From a bacterium (GTDB lineage Bacteria > UBA8248): DNA of 64,000 nt. The notes below the pieces were generated by a model, which did no database searches, had not been told where the DNA came from, and saw nothing but the letters and a program-made list of their open reading frames with translations. The position numbers and the translations under genes were made by a program. Numbering within the stretch: position 1 is the stretch's first letter; every line of letters starts with the position of its first letter. Positions 19,365 through 29,291 of this stretch are shown here, one piece after another. The stretch is taken from assembly GCA_965204535.1 (NCBI GenBank), contig CBDBEV010000001.1, forward strand, positions 2,368,001 through 2,432,000, read 5' to 3'.

Positions 19365-22300
19365 CTACCACCGCATCGAGCCCCTGAGCGCCACGCCGTG
19401 GACGGAAGCGCCCCCGTCCCTCTCGCGCAGGTCGCCCTCGAGGCTCATGGTGAGGGACTCGGCGAGCCGGAAGCGCCCGCCGGCGCGGTACGTCTCCCCG
19501 CTCCCGGTGAGCGTGAAGCCGGTGTAGGGCGTCAGGAGTCCGCCCCAGGCGTCGAGGCCCCAGCCCGCCTCGGCGTCGAGGCCCGCCACGGGGTCGAACG
19601 CTCCTCCCCCGAAGCTGCCCCCGGCCCGGGACCAGAGCCGCTCCACGCCGCCCGCGGCCGCGCCCCAGGACGAACCCGCCCGGAGCGAGAGCCCGCGCCC
19701 GTCCGAGCCCGGCGCGTACCCCACCGAGGCGCTCACGCCCCATTCCTCATAACCGCCCTCGTTGTGGGAGAGCAGGCCGCGCGCTCTCACCTCCGCCGTC
19801 AGGGCGCCCGAGGACCAGCGCAGGCCGCCGCCCGCCTCGACGCCCCCGCCCGTCTCCGCGTCGCCCGAATCGTTCCGGAACCCTATCTCCACCGAGGGCG
19901 TCAGCACCGCATCGCCCATCTTGTACGAGCGCGAACCCTCGAGGGCGAGCCGCACCCGGCTCGTCCCCGCTTCGGTCTCCGCCAGGCCCGCCGCGGCGTC
20001 CGAGCGCGTGTCCGTCACGAGGACGTCCGCGCGGAGCGCGAGCTCGAACCCGCCCGGCGCCCGCGCGGGCAGGAGGACGCCGCGCGCCCCTCCCGCCGCC
20101 ACCCCCATATCGAGGTCGGCGTCCATCGACTCAGCCCCCCCGGGCGTGAGCGTCATCCCGCCCGAACCCAGGCCCACCACGCCCCAGAGCGAGAACGACC
20201 CGCTCACCCGGTAGCGCGCGTAGGGCCAGACGCCCGTGAGGGTGCTCTCCACCTCGCCCGCGCAGCCCGTATCGCACGCGCCGCCCATTTTGTACGAGCC
20301 GTCGCCCGAACTCCGCGAGAGCGCCACGCCCACCAGCCAGCGCGACCGCTCGTAGTCGAAGCCCACGGTCGCCGTCGTCACGTCGCCATCCAGCGAGAGA
20401 TCGCCCCCGGCGCCCTCGAACGAGGAGCGCGCGCCCCGGCCCCACAGCGACCAGCGCCCTCCCGGCGCGTCCCCGCCGCCGGCCGAGGCCATGTGAAACG
20501 AACTCGCGAGCAGGAGTTCGCTCATCGAGACCTCGCGCACCGAAGATACCGGCGCCTCCTCGCCGCGCCCGAGCCGGGCCTCCCTCTCCTTCAAGAGGGC
20601 CTCGGCGAGGCGCGACTCGATGGCCTCGCGCTCCGCCTTGCCGCCCGTGAGGCTGTGGCCGCCCAGCACGACGCCCGCGGCGCCGCCCGACAGGCGTCCG
20701 TCAATCGCCCCGGCGACGTGGCCCGCCGCCGTCCGCCCGAAGCGCGAGAGCCACGCCCCCGGCATCGGGTCGTCGTTCCGGATCACCCCCTTCGCCTCGC
20801 GGTGCATCGCGCGCAGGAACGCCCCCCGCGGGTTCGAGAGCGTGAGCTTGAACGTCTCCTTGCCCTCGTCGATGGCGTCGTCGAGAAGCGCCACGCTCAC
20901 CGTGTGAGACGTCTCGCCCGGCGCAAAGGTGAGCGTGCCCGACGCGGCCGTGTAGTCCGCCCCCGCCGCCGCCGTGCCGTCGGCCGTCGCGTAGTCCACC
21001 GAGACCTCGTGCGCCGCCGCGCGGTGGAGCGTCACCGCGAAGTCGAGCGAGGCGTCCTTGCCTTCCTTCGCCCGCGCGTCCGCGACCCGGATGCGCGCCG
21101 GGCCCCGGACCGTCGCCGACGCCTCGCCGAGCGCAACCGTCACGTCCTTCCAGGACTTCGGCATGACGCGGACCCGCCACAGCACCGGGTCCAGCGGCTC
21201 CACGCCCGTCACCTTCCCGGCCGTCACCGTGAACGCCTCCGGGGCGGGCTTCGAGCCCGACTGCACGTCCAGCGCGAACGCCGTCCGCCCGTCATGCTCC
21301 GGCGGGACGTTGCCGAACTCTACCGCCACGGTCTGGGCCTCTTCTTCCGGCGTGGTCTGTTCCTCGGGCGCCTGCGCCTGCGTCTGCGCCTCGGTCACCT
21401 CGATGCGGTAGGTCGTCATGCCGCCCGAACCGCCGCTCGCCATCACCCACAGCTCGGTCGCGCCGCCGTCCGGCGCGAGCGCCAGATCGACCGCCGTGCC
21501 CGAGGGCCGCACCCGCGACGGGCGCGTGAAGGTCGTCCCGCCCCGGCGCGAGCCCGCGAACACGCTCGCCCCGCCGCTCCAGTGCGGCGCCAGCGTCACG
21601 CCCGCCGTCCCCGCCGGGACCTCCGCCCGGTACGACAGCACATCCGTCGAGAAGGCCGGGCTCAGCGCCACCGCTCCCGAACCCGCCGTGAGCGCGAGCC
21701 CGGTCACGCTCAGCGCGTCGCGCTCGTGCGTCCTCGCCGCGTTCTGTTCGTCCTGGACAATGACGGTCACCCGGCCGCCCAGGTAATCCGCCGGGACCTC
21801 CGGCGAGTCGACGCTGTGGTCGACAACCAGGACCTCGTTACGGGAGTTCGCGTCCCTTCCGGCGCTGACCGTGAACGTCTTCGGGCTCGTGTCTCCCGCT
21901 TCGACCCGGATCCGCTCGGGAGAGACCGTGATCGCGCCGGGGTCGCTGTCGCCGGGGACGCTGATGCGCGGGGAAATGTACGCGGCGTCCTCGAGCGGCG
22001 TCTTCAGACGGACGGTGTAGGTCGCGCTGGCGCCCTCCTCCGGCGACACCTGGCCCGGGGAAGCGGCCAGATATTTGCAGTCGTCGTCGATGATTTCGAT
22101 CGAGATCACCAGGCCATGGTGCCGGTCCTGCCGGTCCCACCCGCCCCAGTCGGGACCGCCGCCGCTGCCGTGGTGCCTGATCCAGTACCGGGTGCCGGGC
22201 GGCGACTTGCACTCGTTGTCGTCCACCGCGGTGAGCCCGACCGATTTGGCCTGCTGCCAGTCCCCGCTCAGGTAGTTGGGGTGCGGGGCGGCTTTCCAGG

Positions 22301-23126
22301 TGACCGCGTTGTGGATCGTGAGCAGGCTGTTGTCGACGTTGGGGTAGTCGCTGCCGTCCGGTCGGACGTTGTGGTGTCGCGGCGTGATGGTCAGATCCAG
22401 GGTCGGCGGCTGGTGGATCACGATGCCGTAGGTGATCGATGTGCCCTCGGCGATCTTCATGCGTCCGGGTCCCATCGGGTGGAACCCATCGACGGACATG
22501 CTGCCGGCGCGGCCCAGCGAGGGCACCACCAGACTCACCGTGACCTGCTGGTTGTCGGTCCATTGCGGGTTGACACCCGTCCATTGGTAACGTCCTTCAG
22601 CGCCGAAATCACCAAGGGTCAACCGCGTATTGCCGAGATGCAACACCAGCCCGGCAAGCTTCGCGCGTGGTGTCGGATCGGTGCTCATCTGAAACCGATT
22701 AGTGGAAGAGATGTAAGATAACCGGCTGATTCGATAGGTCCTACCGTTGTACTCGAAGTCATCGTCCGTGAGCGCCGAGGAGCAGGGTTCTTGCGTAGCG
22801 GCGGTTTCGCAGCCGTAATAAATTCCGTCCTTACTGACTGTCAGCGTCGCCGACCAGATGTGGGACTGCGCCTGGGCGGGCGCGGCCGCGAACAGGCCGA
22901 GCGCGCCGAGCAGCAGCGCGAGGACGGGGAGTAAGACGAGGCGGCGGGCGCGGGCGCGCCCGGTGCGGGCGTCAGGCCGTCTGGAGCCCCTCGATAAACT
23001 CGGGACAGGCTCTGCCGATGTCGGGGAAGTCGGCTCGCGCACTCCGGCCGGGTTCACTTCACGCCGCCGGGCCGCGCTGCAGAACGCCGCCGCCGGCAGC
23101 ATGGAAATCAGTGCAATGTTCTTCAT
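19365..23126 (-). CDS. Autotransporter-like adhesin with cadherin-like beta-sandwich and Calx-beta domains
   Basis: Extended signal peptide ending APAQA. LSPAF...YRAEV (cadherin-like), VDYATADGTA.AGADY..SGTLTFAPGET (Calx-beta), WLSRFGRT linker, C-terminal beta-barrel ending in W. Start set at ATG 23126 by the RBS. Confidence 0.88.
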   Translation of the reverse strand: MKNIALISMLPAAAFCSAARRREVNPAGVREPTSPTSAEPVPSLSRGSRRPDARTGRARARRLVLLPVLALLLGALGLFAAAPAQAQSHIWSATLTVSKDGIYYGCETAATQEPCSSALTDDDFEYNGRTYRISRLSYISSTNRFQMSTDPTPRAKLAGLVLHLGNTRLTLGDFGAEGRYQWTGVNPQWTDNQQVTVSLVVPSLGRAGSMSVDGFHPMGPGRMKIAEGTSITYGIVIHQPPTLDLTITPRHHNVRPDGSDYPNVDNSLLTIHNAVTWKAAPHPNYLSGDWQQAKSVGLTAVDDNECKSPPGTRYWIRHHGSGGGPDWGGWDRQDRHHGLVISIEIIDDDCKYLAASPGQVSPEEGASATYTVRLKTPLEDAAYISPRISVPGDSDPGAITVSPERIRVEAGDTSPKTFTVSAGRDANSRNEVLVVDHSVDSPEVPADYLGGRVTVIVQDEQNAARTHERDALSVTGLALTAGSGAVALSPAFSTDVLSYRAEVPAGTAGVTLAPHWSGGASVFAGSRRGGTTFTRPSRVRPSGTAVDLALAPDGGATELWVMASGGSGGMTTYRIEVTEAQTQAQAPEEQTTPEEEAQTVAVEFGNVPPEHDGRTAFALDVQSGSKPAPEAFTVTAGKVTGVEPLDPVLWRVRVMPKSWKDVTVALGEASATVRGPARIRVADARAKEGKDASLDFAVTLHRAAAHEVSVDYATADGTAAAGADYTAASGTLTFAPGETSHTVSVALLDDAIDEGKETFKLTLSNPRGAFLRAMHREAKGVIRNDDPMPGAWLSRFGRTAAGHVAGAIDGRLSGGAAGVVLGGHSLTGGKAEREAIESRLAEALLKEREARLGRGEEAPVSSVREVSMSELLLASSFHMASAGGGDAPGGRWSLWGRGARSSFEGAGGDLSLDGDVTTATVGFDYERSRWLVGVALSRSSGDGSYKMGGACDTGCAGEVESTLTGVWPYARYRVSGSFSLWGVVGLGSGGMTLTPGGAESMDADLDMGVAAGGARGVLLPARAPGGFELALRADVLVTDTRSDAAAGLAETEAGTSRVRLALEGSRSYKMGDAVLTPSVEIGFRNDSGDAETGGGVEAGGGLRWSSGALTAEVRARGLLSHNEGGYEEWGVSASVGYAPGSDGRGLSLRAGSSWGAAAGGVERLWSRAGGSFGGGAFDPVAGLDAEAGWGLDAWGGLLTPYTGFTLTGSGETYRAGGRFRLAESLTMSLEGDLRERDGGASVHGVALRGSMRW

Positions 23127-23233
23127 TTGGAATACCCCCTGTTCCGAGATTTCGAGTTCAAGCTGACGCAACCGGCAGTGAGTCTTTCCGCGAGAGGCGG
23201 ATTCCTGCGGTATGCGCCCACCTCGAACCCGGG

Positions 23234-23267
23234 CTGGTGTCCGCTAATTGCCATTATCGGAAAGTTA
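23234..23267. other. lox-like recombination site A-left (13-8-13)
   Basis: CTGGTGTCCGCTA-A TTGCCA T-TATCGGAAAGTTA. Confidence 0.85.
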
Positions 23268-23427
23268 AACACCTCTCACGGCCATGTCAAGCGCAATTCC
23301 GGGGTCCCCGGAGGGGTTTCGGGCGCCGTTTTGCGCCTTTTTTCGCTCATGTTTCGCTCATTTGCGGCCCGTATGCCCCCCCGAAACGGGTTTTTCGGCG
23401 GAAAACAAGGCTTCTGGGGGCCAATAA
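23254..23427 (-). promoter_or_regulatory. Invertible promoter segment A, ON orientation (facing the autotransporter)
   Basis: Minus-strand TTGACA (23285-23290), 17 bp, TAACTT. The segment is the reverse complement of 29119..29291 while the flanks are co-oriented. Confidence 0.88.
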
Positions 23428-23447
23428 TGGCAATTATCGGACTCCAG
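23414..23447. other. lox-like recombination site A-right (inverted core)
   Basis: CTGGGGGCCAATA-A TGGCAA T-TATCGGACTCCAG; the core is the reverse complement of TTGCCA. Confidence 0.85.
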
Positions 23448-23453
23448 AAACCC

Positions 23454-23492
23454 GCCGTTTCGCCGGTATTCCCCTGCGAAACGGCTTTTTTT
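23454..23492 (+). terminator. Intrinsic terminator insulating the recombinase from switch A
   Basis: GCCGTTTCGC-N12-GCGAAACGGC followed by T7. Confidence 0.8.
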
Positions 23493-23555
23493 GTGGAAAT
23501 TCCCCGTCGTCGTCCATACTTGGCAATCGAGGAGGCGCTCGGGCGGCCCCGGGCA

Positions 23556-23753
23556 ATGGACACGGCCGCCGACCTGGCGAAGGCGTCGATGTCTGAGAAC
23601 ACGCGGCGGGCGTACGGGACGGCGCTCAGGGGATTCGAGTGTTCGGGAAACCCCGAGACCGACGCCGGGATAGCGGCGTACCTGGGGAATCTCTACGAGG
23701 GGGAGTACGCGGCGGCCGTGGCCGCGATGGCGAGGCTGCGCTACGGGCGGTGA
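23556..23753 (+). pseudogene. Internally deleted copy of the Cre-like recombinase (65 aa)
   Basis: Matches the start and end of 29418..30290, with 675 bp removed between CGCGATGGCG repeats. Confidence 0.9.
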
Positions 23754-23841
23754 GGTCCGCCCGGCGTTTCGTCGTGAGCATGTCCTTCGCTCCGGGCAGG
23801 TCCGCCGCGTGCGGGACGCCCGTCTTCTCCCGAATATCTCT

Positions 23842-24561
23842 CTACCGCCTCTTCTTTCTGCGGGCGGCTCTCTCCCCGGACGTGGAGGTCCACCTCCGGG
23901 CGGAGGCCCACTTCTCGAGGTCTTCGAGCAGGTAGCGCACCCGGTATCCGGTGCGAAGAAAATCCGGCCCCTCGCCGCTCACGCGGTAGCGCTCGAGCGT
24001 CCTGGGCGAGAGGCCGAGCCAGGCGGCCGCCTCCCGCGTGTCCAGGCGGTTCTCCCCCGCGCGTTCATCGACGTCTCCCGCGGGACCGGGTTCCCCGGCG
24101 GCGTCCCACGTCCCGTCGAACGGGTCGGAGAGATCCGCGAGCCTCTCGCGTATGGCGCGGACCTCCTCTCGGGTCGCGCCCGCCGCCATCCAGGCGCGCA
24201 CCCGGTCGAAGGTCTTGAGATACGGCGAGGCGCCCCGGCGCAGCCTTCCCACGAAGGAGGGATTCCCCACGGTCTCCTCGCCCAGGATCGAGACCTTGGT
24301 CCCGCTCACCGCGAGAAACGCCTCGACCTCGGCCCGCAGGAACGGTCCCAGGGGCGGATACCCCATGAACGCGAGCACCCGGTCCGCCGTGTCGACCCGC
24401 AGGGGCCGCCCCCGGGCGTGCAGTCCCACGAAGCCGGGAATCCCCAGCGCGCCCACCCCGAAGCGCCGCGCGCTCATCCCCCGGCGCGCGCGCCAGAGCG
24501 CAATGCTCCGGCGCAGCCGCTCGTCCAGCGGGGCGCCGGTATCGTCGTCGAACGCGGTCAT
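23842..24561 (-). CDS. Tandem Cro/XRE-like domains plus C-terminal excisionase-like HTH, copy A
   Basis: Two internal repeats (..GFVGL..RGRPLRVDTADRV..M / ..PSFVGRLRRGASPYLKTFDRV..M) and LDTREAAAWLGLSPRTLERYR...VRY (HTH_17/Xis-like). Confidence 0.8.
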   Translation of the reverse strand: MTAFDDDTGAPLDERLRRSIALWRARRGMSARRFGVGALGIPGFVGLHARGRPLRVDTADRVLAFMGYPPLGPFLRAEVEAFLAVSGTKVSILGEETVGNPSFVGRLRRGASPYLKTFDRVRAWMAAGATREEVRAIRERLADLSDPFDGTWDAAGEPGPAGDVDERAGENRLDTREAAAWLGLSPRTLERYRVSGEGPDFLRTGYRVRYLLEDLEKWASARRWTSTSGERAARRKKRR

Positions 24562-24807
24562 GGCGCGCGAACATAAGGAAAGTGCGAGCGCCCGTTCAAT
24601 CGTTGTTTCTAGCGCGGAAGGTACACCCGGGAAGAGTCCGCGACCGCGTCCGTGCGCGGGTCGCTCATCGGTTCAGCCTGAAATCACGGGCGTTTTCCAG
24701 AAAACGAGGGTCGCCGGAGAACGCGCAGCGAGGCGCTACGGAAAAAAAGGAAGGACGCCGCCCCCCGGCGCGCGCTCGAAAGCCTCTCTCGTTCACGCCG
24801 CGGTGGG

Positions 24808-24886
24808 CTGTTTCGCGAGTCGTCGCTGCGAATGGCGCTCCGGCATGACCGGCGATTGGCGGTGAACGGCGAGTTGCATCTCGACC
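24808..24886 (-). pseudogene. Inverted remnant of the recombinase 3' end, copy A
   Basis: Homologous to 31397..31480 and, in reverse, to 30179..30262. Confidence 0.75.
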
Positions 24887-25140
24887 GGAGAAGCCGCTGC
24901 CGCGGCAAGGCGCTGCGCGCTGCCCGTCCGCAGGTCGAAACGGCGCCGATTCCCTTGTTTCATTCGTTTTTATCGCATCGTATGCTGATGTTCCGGGTCG
25001 TCCGCCAAATACAATACGGCCAAGCCGAAACAGGCGGACATTCCTTCGTGGATTGTATGCCAACGGCCCGGATTTTCCCGGTCCTGTCCGATTGACCGTT
25101 ATGCCTTACACGTCTTTCGATGATTGGTCGGGCATGGTGG

Positions 25141-26193
25141 TCACGCCGGTGTTTCCGTCAGATCGGACAATTCGCCTTTCTCGAAGGTTTTGGGAGCCCA
25201 CCCCGGCAAGAAGGGCGTATCCATGTGGTCGAGTTGCAAGGCGTCGCGCATCCCCTGGGGGATGCTGGCAAGCCATTCGGGTATACCCAGTAGGGGCGAT
25301 GGATCGGGGTCGTAGTAGAAGCGACCCATTTCGGGCATTCCGGTGTCAGGCCAATGGGCCTCGTCGCGCTTGAGCAGCTGCACCGACCAGCGTTCCATGC
25401 GGGTTTCCACCAGGAAGATCTCGTCCGGCGCATTTGTGCACGCTGATAGCAGCGAAGGGAGAAGGTCTTCGCGGAATTCGAAACTCGTAAGGCCCGGATC
25501 ACCGCTTTCCAAAACCAGAACGGTACGTGCGCCATCCGCCTTGCAGTCCTGAAGCTTGGGGCATTTCCTGGAAAAGGTATCCCGGAGACTGTCCAAGCGC
25601 GGGCTTTCCGGATCGTCCGGAGGAATGAACCTGAACGAGAATGATCCCGGCTTTTTTTGCACGAGCCGTGCAATCGGCCATTGCAGCAGTTCGAATTCAC
25701 ACTCAAATCCCGGCGGGGTTCCATGGATACGATCATCGGACCAATAAGGATCGCGGATTGATAAGATTTGGCCGGAGTTCCGCTTGCGCAGAGTTTTCTC
25801 GCTTGCCTGGATCCATTCGACGAGAGCACCAAGTGCTCGTTCTCTTTTTTTGACTCGCCCTTTGGGCAGGGAAACGTCGGTTGGGAATTGCAGTTCGTAG
25901 TAGGCCAGGCTTGAGAATGGCTCCGGGATAGCTTTTTTGATGTGCTCGATGATTTGGTTCGCGACGACCACGGTCGCGATCTGATTTTCGATCGACTCTA
26001 CCCGAGTGTGCTCAATCGCATATTCCCGGGAGCCGAGCTTCAGACGCAGATCGACGGGAGGACCGCCTCCCTCCTTATCGGGATGACGGACATTCGAGCG
26101 CGTCTCGCGTGTCCATTTTTCGAGGGTCCTGACGACTGCATCGCATACCCGCCCCTCGTTGTTCGGCACTACCATGACTGACGAATCCCTCAT
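25141..26193 (-). CDS. Hypothetical protein, possible PD-(D/E)xK nuclease fold
   Basis: 350-aa ORF. E...PPVDLRL...YAIEHT resembles a restriction-nuclease core. Confidence 0.5.
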   Translation of the reverse strand: MRDSSVMVVPNNEGRVCDAVVRTLEKWTRETRSNVRHPDKEGGGPPVDLRLKLGSREYAIEHTRVESIENQIATVVVANQIIEHIKKAIPEPFSSLAYYELQFPTDVSLPKGRVKKRERALGALVEWIQASEKTLRKRNSGQILSIRDPYWSDDRIHGTPPGFECEFELLQWPIARLVQKKPGSFSFRFIPPDDPESPRLDSLRDTFSRKCPKLQDCKADGARTVLVLESGDPGLTSFEFREDLLPSLLSACTNAPDEIFLVETRMERWSVQLLKRDEAHWPDTGMPEMGRFYYDPDPSPLLGIPEWLASIPQGMRDALQLDHMDTPFLPGWAPKTFEKGELSDLTETPA

Positions 26194-26647
26194 TTTCCCT
26201 GATTTACCCGTTCCCGCTCACGGGCCATATATTCTATCATGCCGCGTTTGTCTGCATCGACTCGCCAAGTGCGGTTATATGCCGGTCACCGCATCTCTAT
26301 GTCCTATGCTGGTGTCCATGTACGTCCACATACGGTCATCGATACGGGATCGGGAAAACGGTACTCGAACGGAAAACTTTCAAGCTCGCGTAATCGATTC
26401 GGACCGGTCCTTGCATCTTCATACGGGCCTGAGGACCGATGACTCGCGCACGCCGGGATGCTCTGGAGTTGTAATGAACCCGCTTTCGTTTTGATTACGG
26501 GCCTGCCAGGGAAAATTCATGGCAACCTGTTAACTAATCTTATAACAGCACCTTACAGGATAATCGAAAATGCCCGAAACTGCTCTTGTCTCTAGGACGG
26601 CCAAAATCCGAAACCGGGCGGCGACGCAGGCTCTCGCCTTGAAAGGC

Positions 26648-26777
26648 AACCCCCCCTACCCCCCCTTGTCAGGGGGGTATAAAAAAGCAACCCCCCGACG
26701 AGGGGTTAAAAACAAAAAGGTCCCCCCGACAGGGGGGAGCAAAAAAAGACCCCCCTGTGATAAGGGGGGGTTGGGGG
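26648..26777. repeat. Composite C-run/G-run hairpin element (MITE/REP-like), copy 1
   Basis: Four CCCC-(T/C)GAC-GGGG-type hairpins bounded by CCCCCCTACCCCCC / GGGGGGTTGGGGG. Colinear homolog at 35604..35733; partial copies near 37393 and 55036. Confidence 0.7.
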
Positions 26778-27126
26778 TCAAACCCGATCGATGAGGGAGG
26801 GTTTGCCTTTCAAGGAAAAAAGGGCCGACACCCCGCAAAGGGCTGCTTTAAGGGGTTGAAAAAACCCCTGAAGATGGGAATTGCTGCGACACGATCCCCG
26901 AGGTGCAGGCCGAGTCGGGGTGTCGGCTGCTTTCATGAAGCGAAAACAGGGGCCGCCCGTTGTTCCCCCTCCCGGCTCGAGGACTCAAACTCACAGCCAG
27001 GAGCGGTACAATTTGCTCTCACGAGGGAAGCAACCAACGGGCAACCCCCTTTTCGCTCTCCTCATGCCGCCCCGGCCCCGGGGCCGTGAAGCCCCGAAGC
27101 CATAGGCGTCGTGCTCTTCGCTGCTC

Positions 27127-28878
27127 CTACTGCTTCTTCGCGCCGAAGGCGCCGACCATCCTGCCGGCCGTGCCGTACTCGGTGTAGAACGTGCCGGTCG
27201 CGACCTTCGGAACGCTGCTGTCGTCGGTATTGGTGACAGCGGTGTCTTTCAGCATTCCTGACCACTCGCCGGAGGGGTCAGCGGCCGTGTCGCCGATGGT
27301 CCAGACTGTTTCCTGGGCCACGTCACTGCCGGCTAGGGGAGCTACCGAAATAACGATTCCGTCGCGGGTGCGGTCACCAATCATCTGCCCGTTACCGAAG
27401 AGCGCAGACTTCTTCAACTCGACGGTCCAATCCTTCGACTCGCCGTCCGCCATGAACTGGTCGATGGTGCCGGTGACCTCGTCCTTCTCGAAATCGGCCT
27501 CCAGCGTCGCCGTCGCGGTGAAGTGGCCGGCGTCGTTCGTGCCGCCCGTGGCGCTGCTCAAAGCGTACTTGCCGGCGGCGCCGCCGCGATACGTGGCGCT
27601 TCCTCCCACCAAGCCAGCGATGTTGAGTGTGTCGGGAGTGGGGCCCTTGTCATCCACAAAGGCGCCCGCGGTCAGCGAGCCGTCCGCCTTCGTGAGGAGC
27701 CACCAGCCGTAAGAGGCGTACTCGCTGTCCGCCATCTCCGTCACCCTAGCTGCGGGATTCGTCGCCTTGAAAACCCAAGCAGTAGGGTCAAGAAACGTAT
27801 AGCCCACCGGCGCCTTGCGGACGGCGCAACCATTGCCGGTGGCGGGCGTGCAGATGTAGGTGCCCGCCACACCGTAGTAGGTGCCGAGGATGGGGATCGT
27901 GTCCTGCCCGGTCAAGTCATTGGCCGGCAATTTGGGGACGTAGTTCCCCGCTTTATGCGTGAACCTCGGGCTGGCGATCCTTGGGCCGAGGTTCAATGCG
28001 TCCGTCATCGTCACCGTGTCCGAGTCGTCGCCCGTGAGCGCAAACCCGACATTGCCGTCACCGGTACCGGAATTGAACTTCGCACCCATCGTCGGCGCGC
28101 CGACATCCGAGTAGACGACCGCTTCGTACATGTCGCCCTTGTTGGCGCCAGTCGTCACCGAATGCGTGTACCTCTTGCCCTTCCAGCCATGGAGATCGGC
28201 GACCATCGTCTTCTTGTCTTCCGACAGGGTGGCGGTAGCCGCAGTAGCCGCCGGGTCGGTGCCGATCTGCACCGCGATCTGGCTATCGTTGGTTCCAGCA
28301 TAGCCCGCGATGCGGTCAGTGGTTGCGTAGGTGCCGACCTCGCCCATTGGCTTCCCGATCCCCGCGTACAGCTTCGCCGCCGTGGCGGCCATGGCGGCAT
28401 CCGCAGCCTTCTGTGCATCGTCCATCGCGGCCATGCGGGCCGTCTTGGCGTCGGCAAGCTGCGCTTCGAGCGCGGTGACGGTTCCGGTGTTCGCGGTTTT
28501 CTCCGCCGCCGGTACATCTTCGGCCGCCGCTATCGCCGCCTTCGCGGCCGCGATCGCCGCATCGGCGGCGCTCACCTCGGCAGCGGTCGAGTCGTTGTCC
28601 ACCATGCCGACCTTCGTCTGGGCGTCCGCCAGTTTCGCTTTGATGTCCGCACGTTCCATAGCCAATTTCTCTGCCGCCAAATCTGCGGCTGAAGTGCATG
28701 TCTCATTGTCATTCCATCGGCCCCCCGCGTCCTCGCACGCCATCCGCGAGTCATCAGGCATCTCGGCCGGCGCTTGCGTAGAGCCGCCGCCACCGCCGCA
28801 TCCAGCCAGCGCGATGGCGAACACGGCCGCCAGCGCGAAAGCGTAAAGCTTGTTTATCGGTTTCTCTTTGAACGTCAT
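27127..28878 (-). CDS. Surface lipoprotein with C-terminal TbpB-like beta-barrel (Slam-type substrate)
   Basis: Lipobox LAGC followed by GGGGGS, an Ala-rich coiled stalk, ATYRG..AG, L.ADF....VTG.I and terminal VGAFGAKKQ. Confidence 0.85.
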   Translation of the reverse strand: MTFKEKPINKLYAFALAAVFAIALAGCGGGGGSTQAPAEMPDDSRMACEDAGGRWNDNETCTSAADLAAEKLAMERADIKAKLADAQTKVGMVDNDSTAAEVSAADAAIAAAKAAIAAAEDVPAAEKTANTGTVTALEAQLADAKTARMAAMDDAQKAADAAMAATAAKLYAGIGKPMGEVGTYATTDRIAGYAGTNDSQIAVQIGTDPAATAATATLSEDKKTMVADLHGWKGKRYTHSVTTGANKGDMYEAVVYSDVGAPTMGAKFNSGTGDGNVGFALTGDDSDTVTMTDALNLGPRIASPRFTHKAGNYVPKLPANDLTGQDTIPILGTYYGVAGTYICTPATGNGCAVRKAPVGYTFLDPTAWVFKATNPAARVTEMADSEYASYGWWLLTKADGSLTAGAFVDDKGPTPDTLNIAGLVGGSATYRGGAAGKYALSSATGGTNDAGHFTATATLEADFEKDEVTGTIDQFMADGESKDWTVELKKSALFGNGQMIGDRTRDGIVISVAPLAGSDVAQETVWTIGDTAADPSGEWSGMLKDTAVTNTDDSSVPKVATGTFYTEYGTAGRMVGAFGAKKQ

Positions 28879-29098
28879 TTAGCGAGTCCTCCTGAATACA
28901 CAGTAGAAAAAGGGATTTTCAGTGAATTTCCGGCTTTCTCCGATTAACCTCCTTTCGTCAGCTTTTTTTCGGGCCTTCACAAACTGGTGATTCGTATTTC
29001 GGGCCGCCTGGAATACGGCGGACTTGAACCCTTTCATCGTCCGGGCCGGTCGTTCCGCGAGAGGCGGATTCCTGCGGTATGCGTCCCCCTTTCCCGGC

Positions 29099-29132
29099 CT
29101 GGCCGCCGTTAATTGATGTTATCGGTCCCCAG
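29099..29132. other. lox-like recombination site B-left
   Basis: CTGGCCGCCGTTA-A TTGATG T-TATCGGTCCCCAG. Confidence 0.85.
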
Positions 29133-29291
29133 AAACCCCGTTTTCCGCCGAAAAACCCGATTCGGGGCGCATTCGGGCCGCAAACGAGCGAAATGTAAGC
29201 GAAAAAAGGCGCAAAACGGCCTTCGAAACCCTTCCGGAGACCCCGGAATTGCGCTTGACATGGCCGTGAGAGGTGTTATATTTTCTGATAA
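29119..29291 (+). promoter_or_regulatory. Invertible promoter segment B, OFF orientation (facing away from the lipoprotein)
   Basis: Plus-strand TTGACA (29255-29260), 16 bp, TATATT (29277-29282) with an upstream TG. Confidence 0.88.

Noticed and set aside
19317-22721. 1134-aa plus-strand ORF and other long antisense ORFs (5704..7092, 11740..13233, 13343..15043, 62523..63962)
   Set aside because: These are shadows of real genes on the opposite strand in GC-rich DNA and carry no motifs.
26648-26777. CRISPR-like repeat-spacer appearance of the hairpin arrays
   Set aside because: The units are short and degenerate, the linkers are conserved between the two copies, and no cas genes are present.
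19365-28878. Diversity-generating retroelement targeting the adhesin or lipoprotein
   Set aside because: No reverse transcriptase and no adenine-variant template/variable repeat pair were seen.
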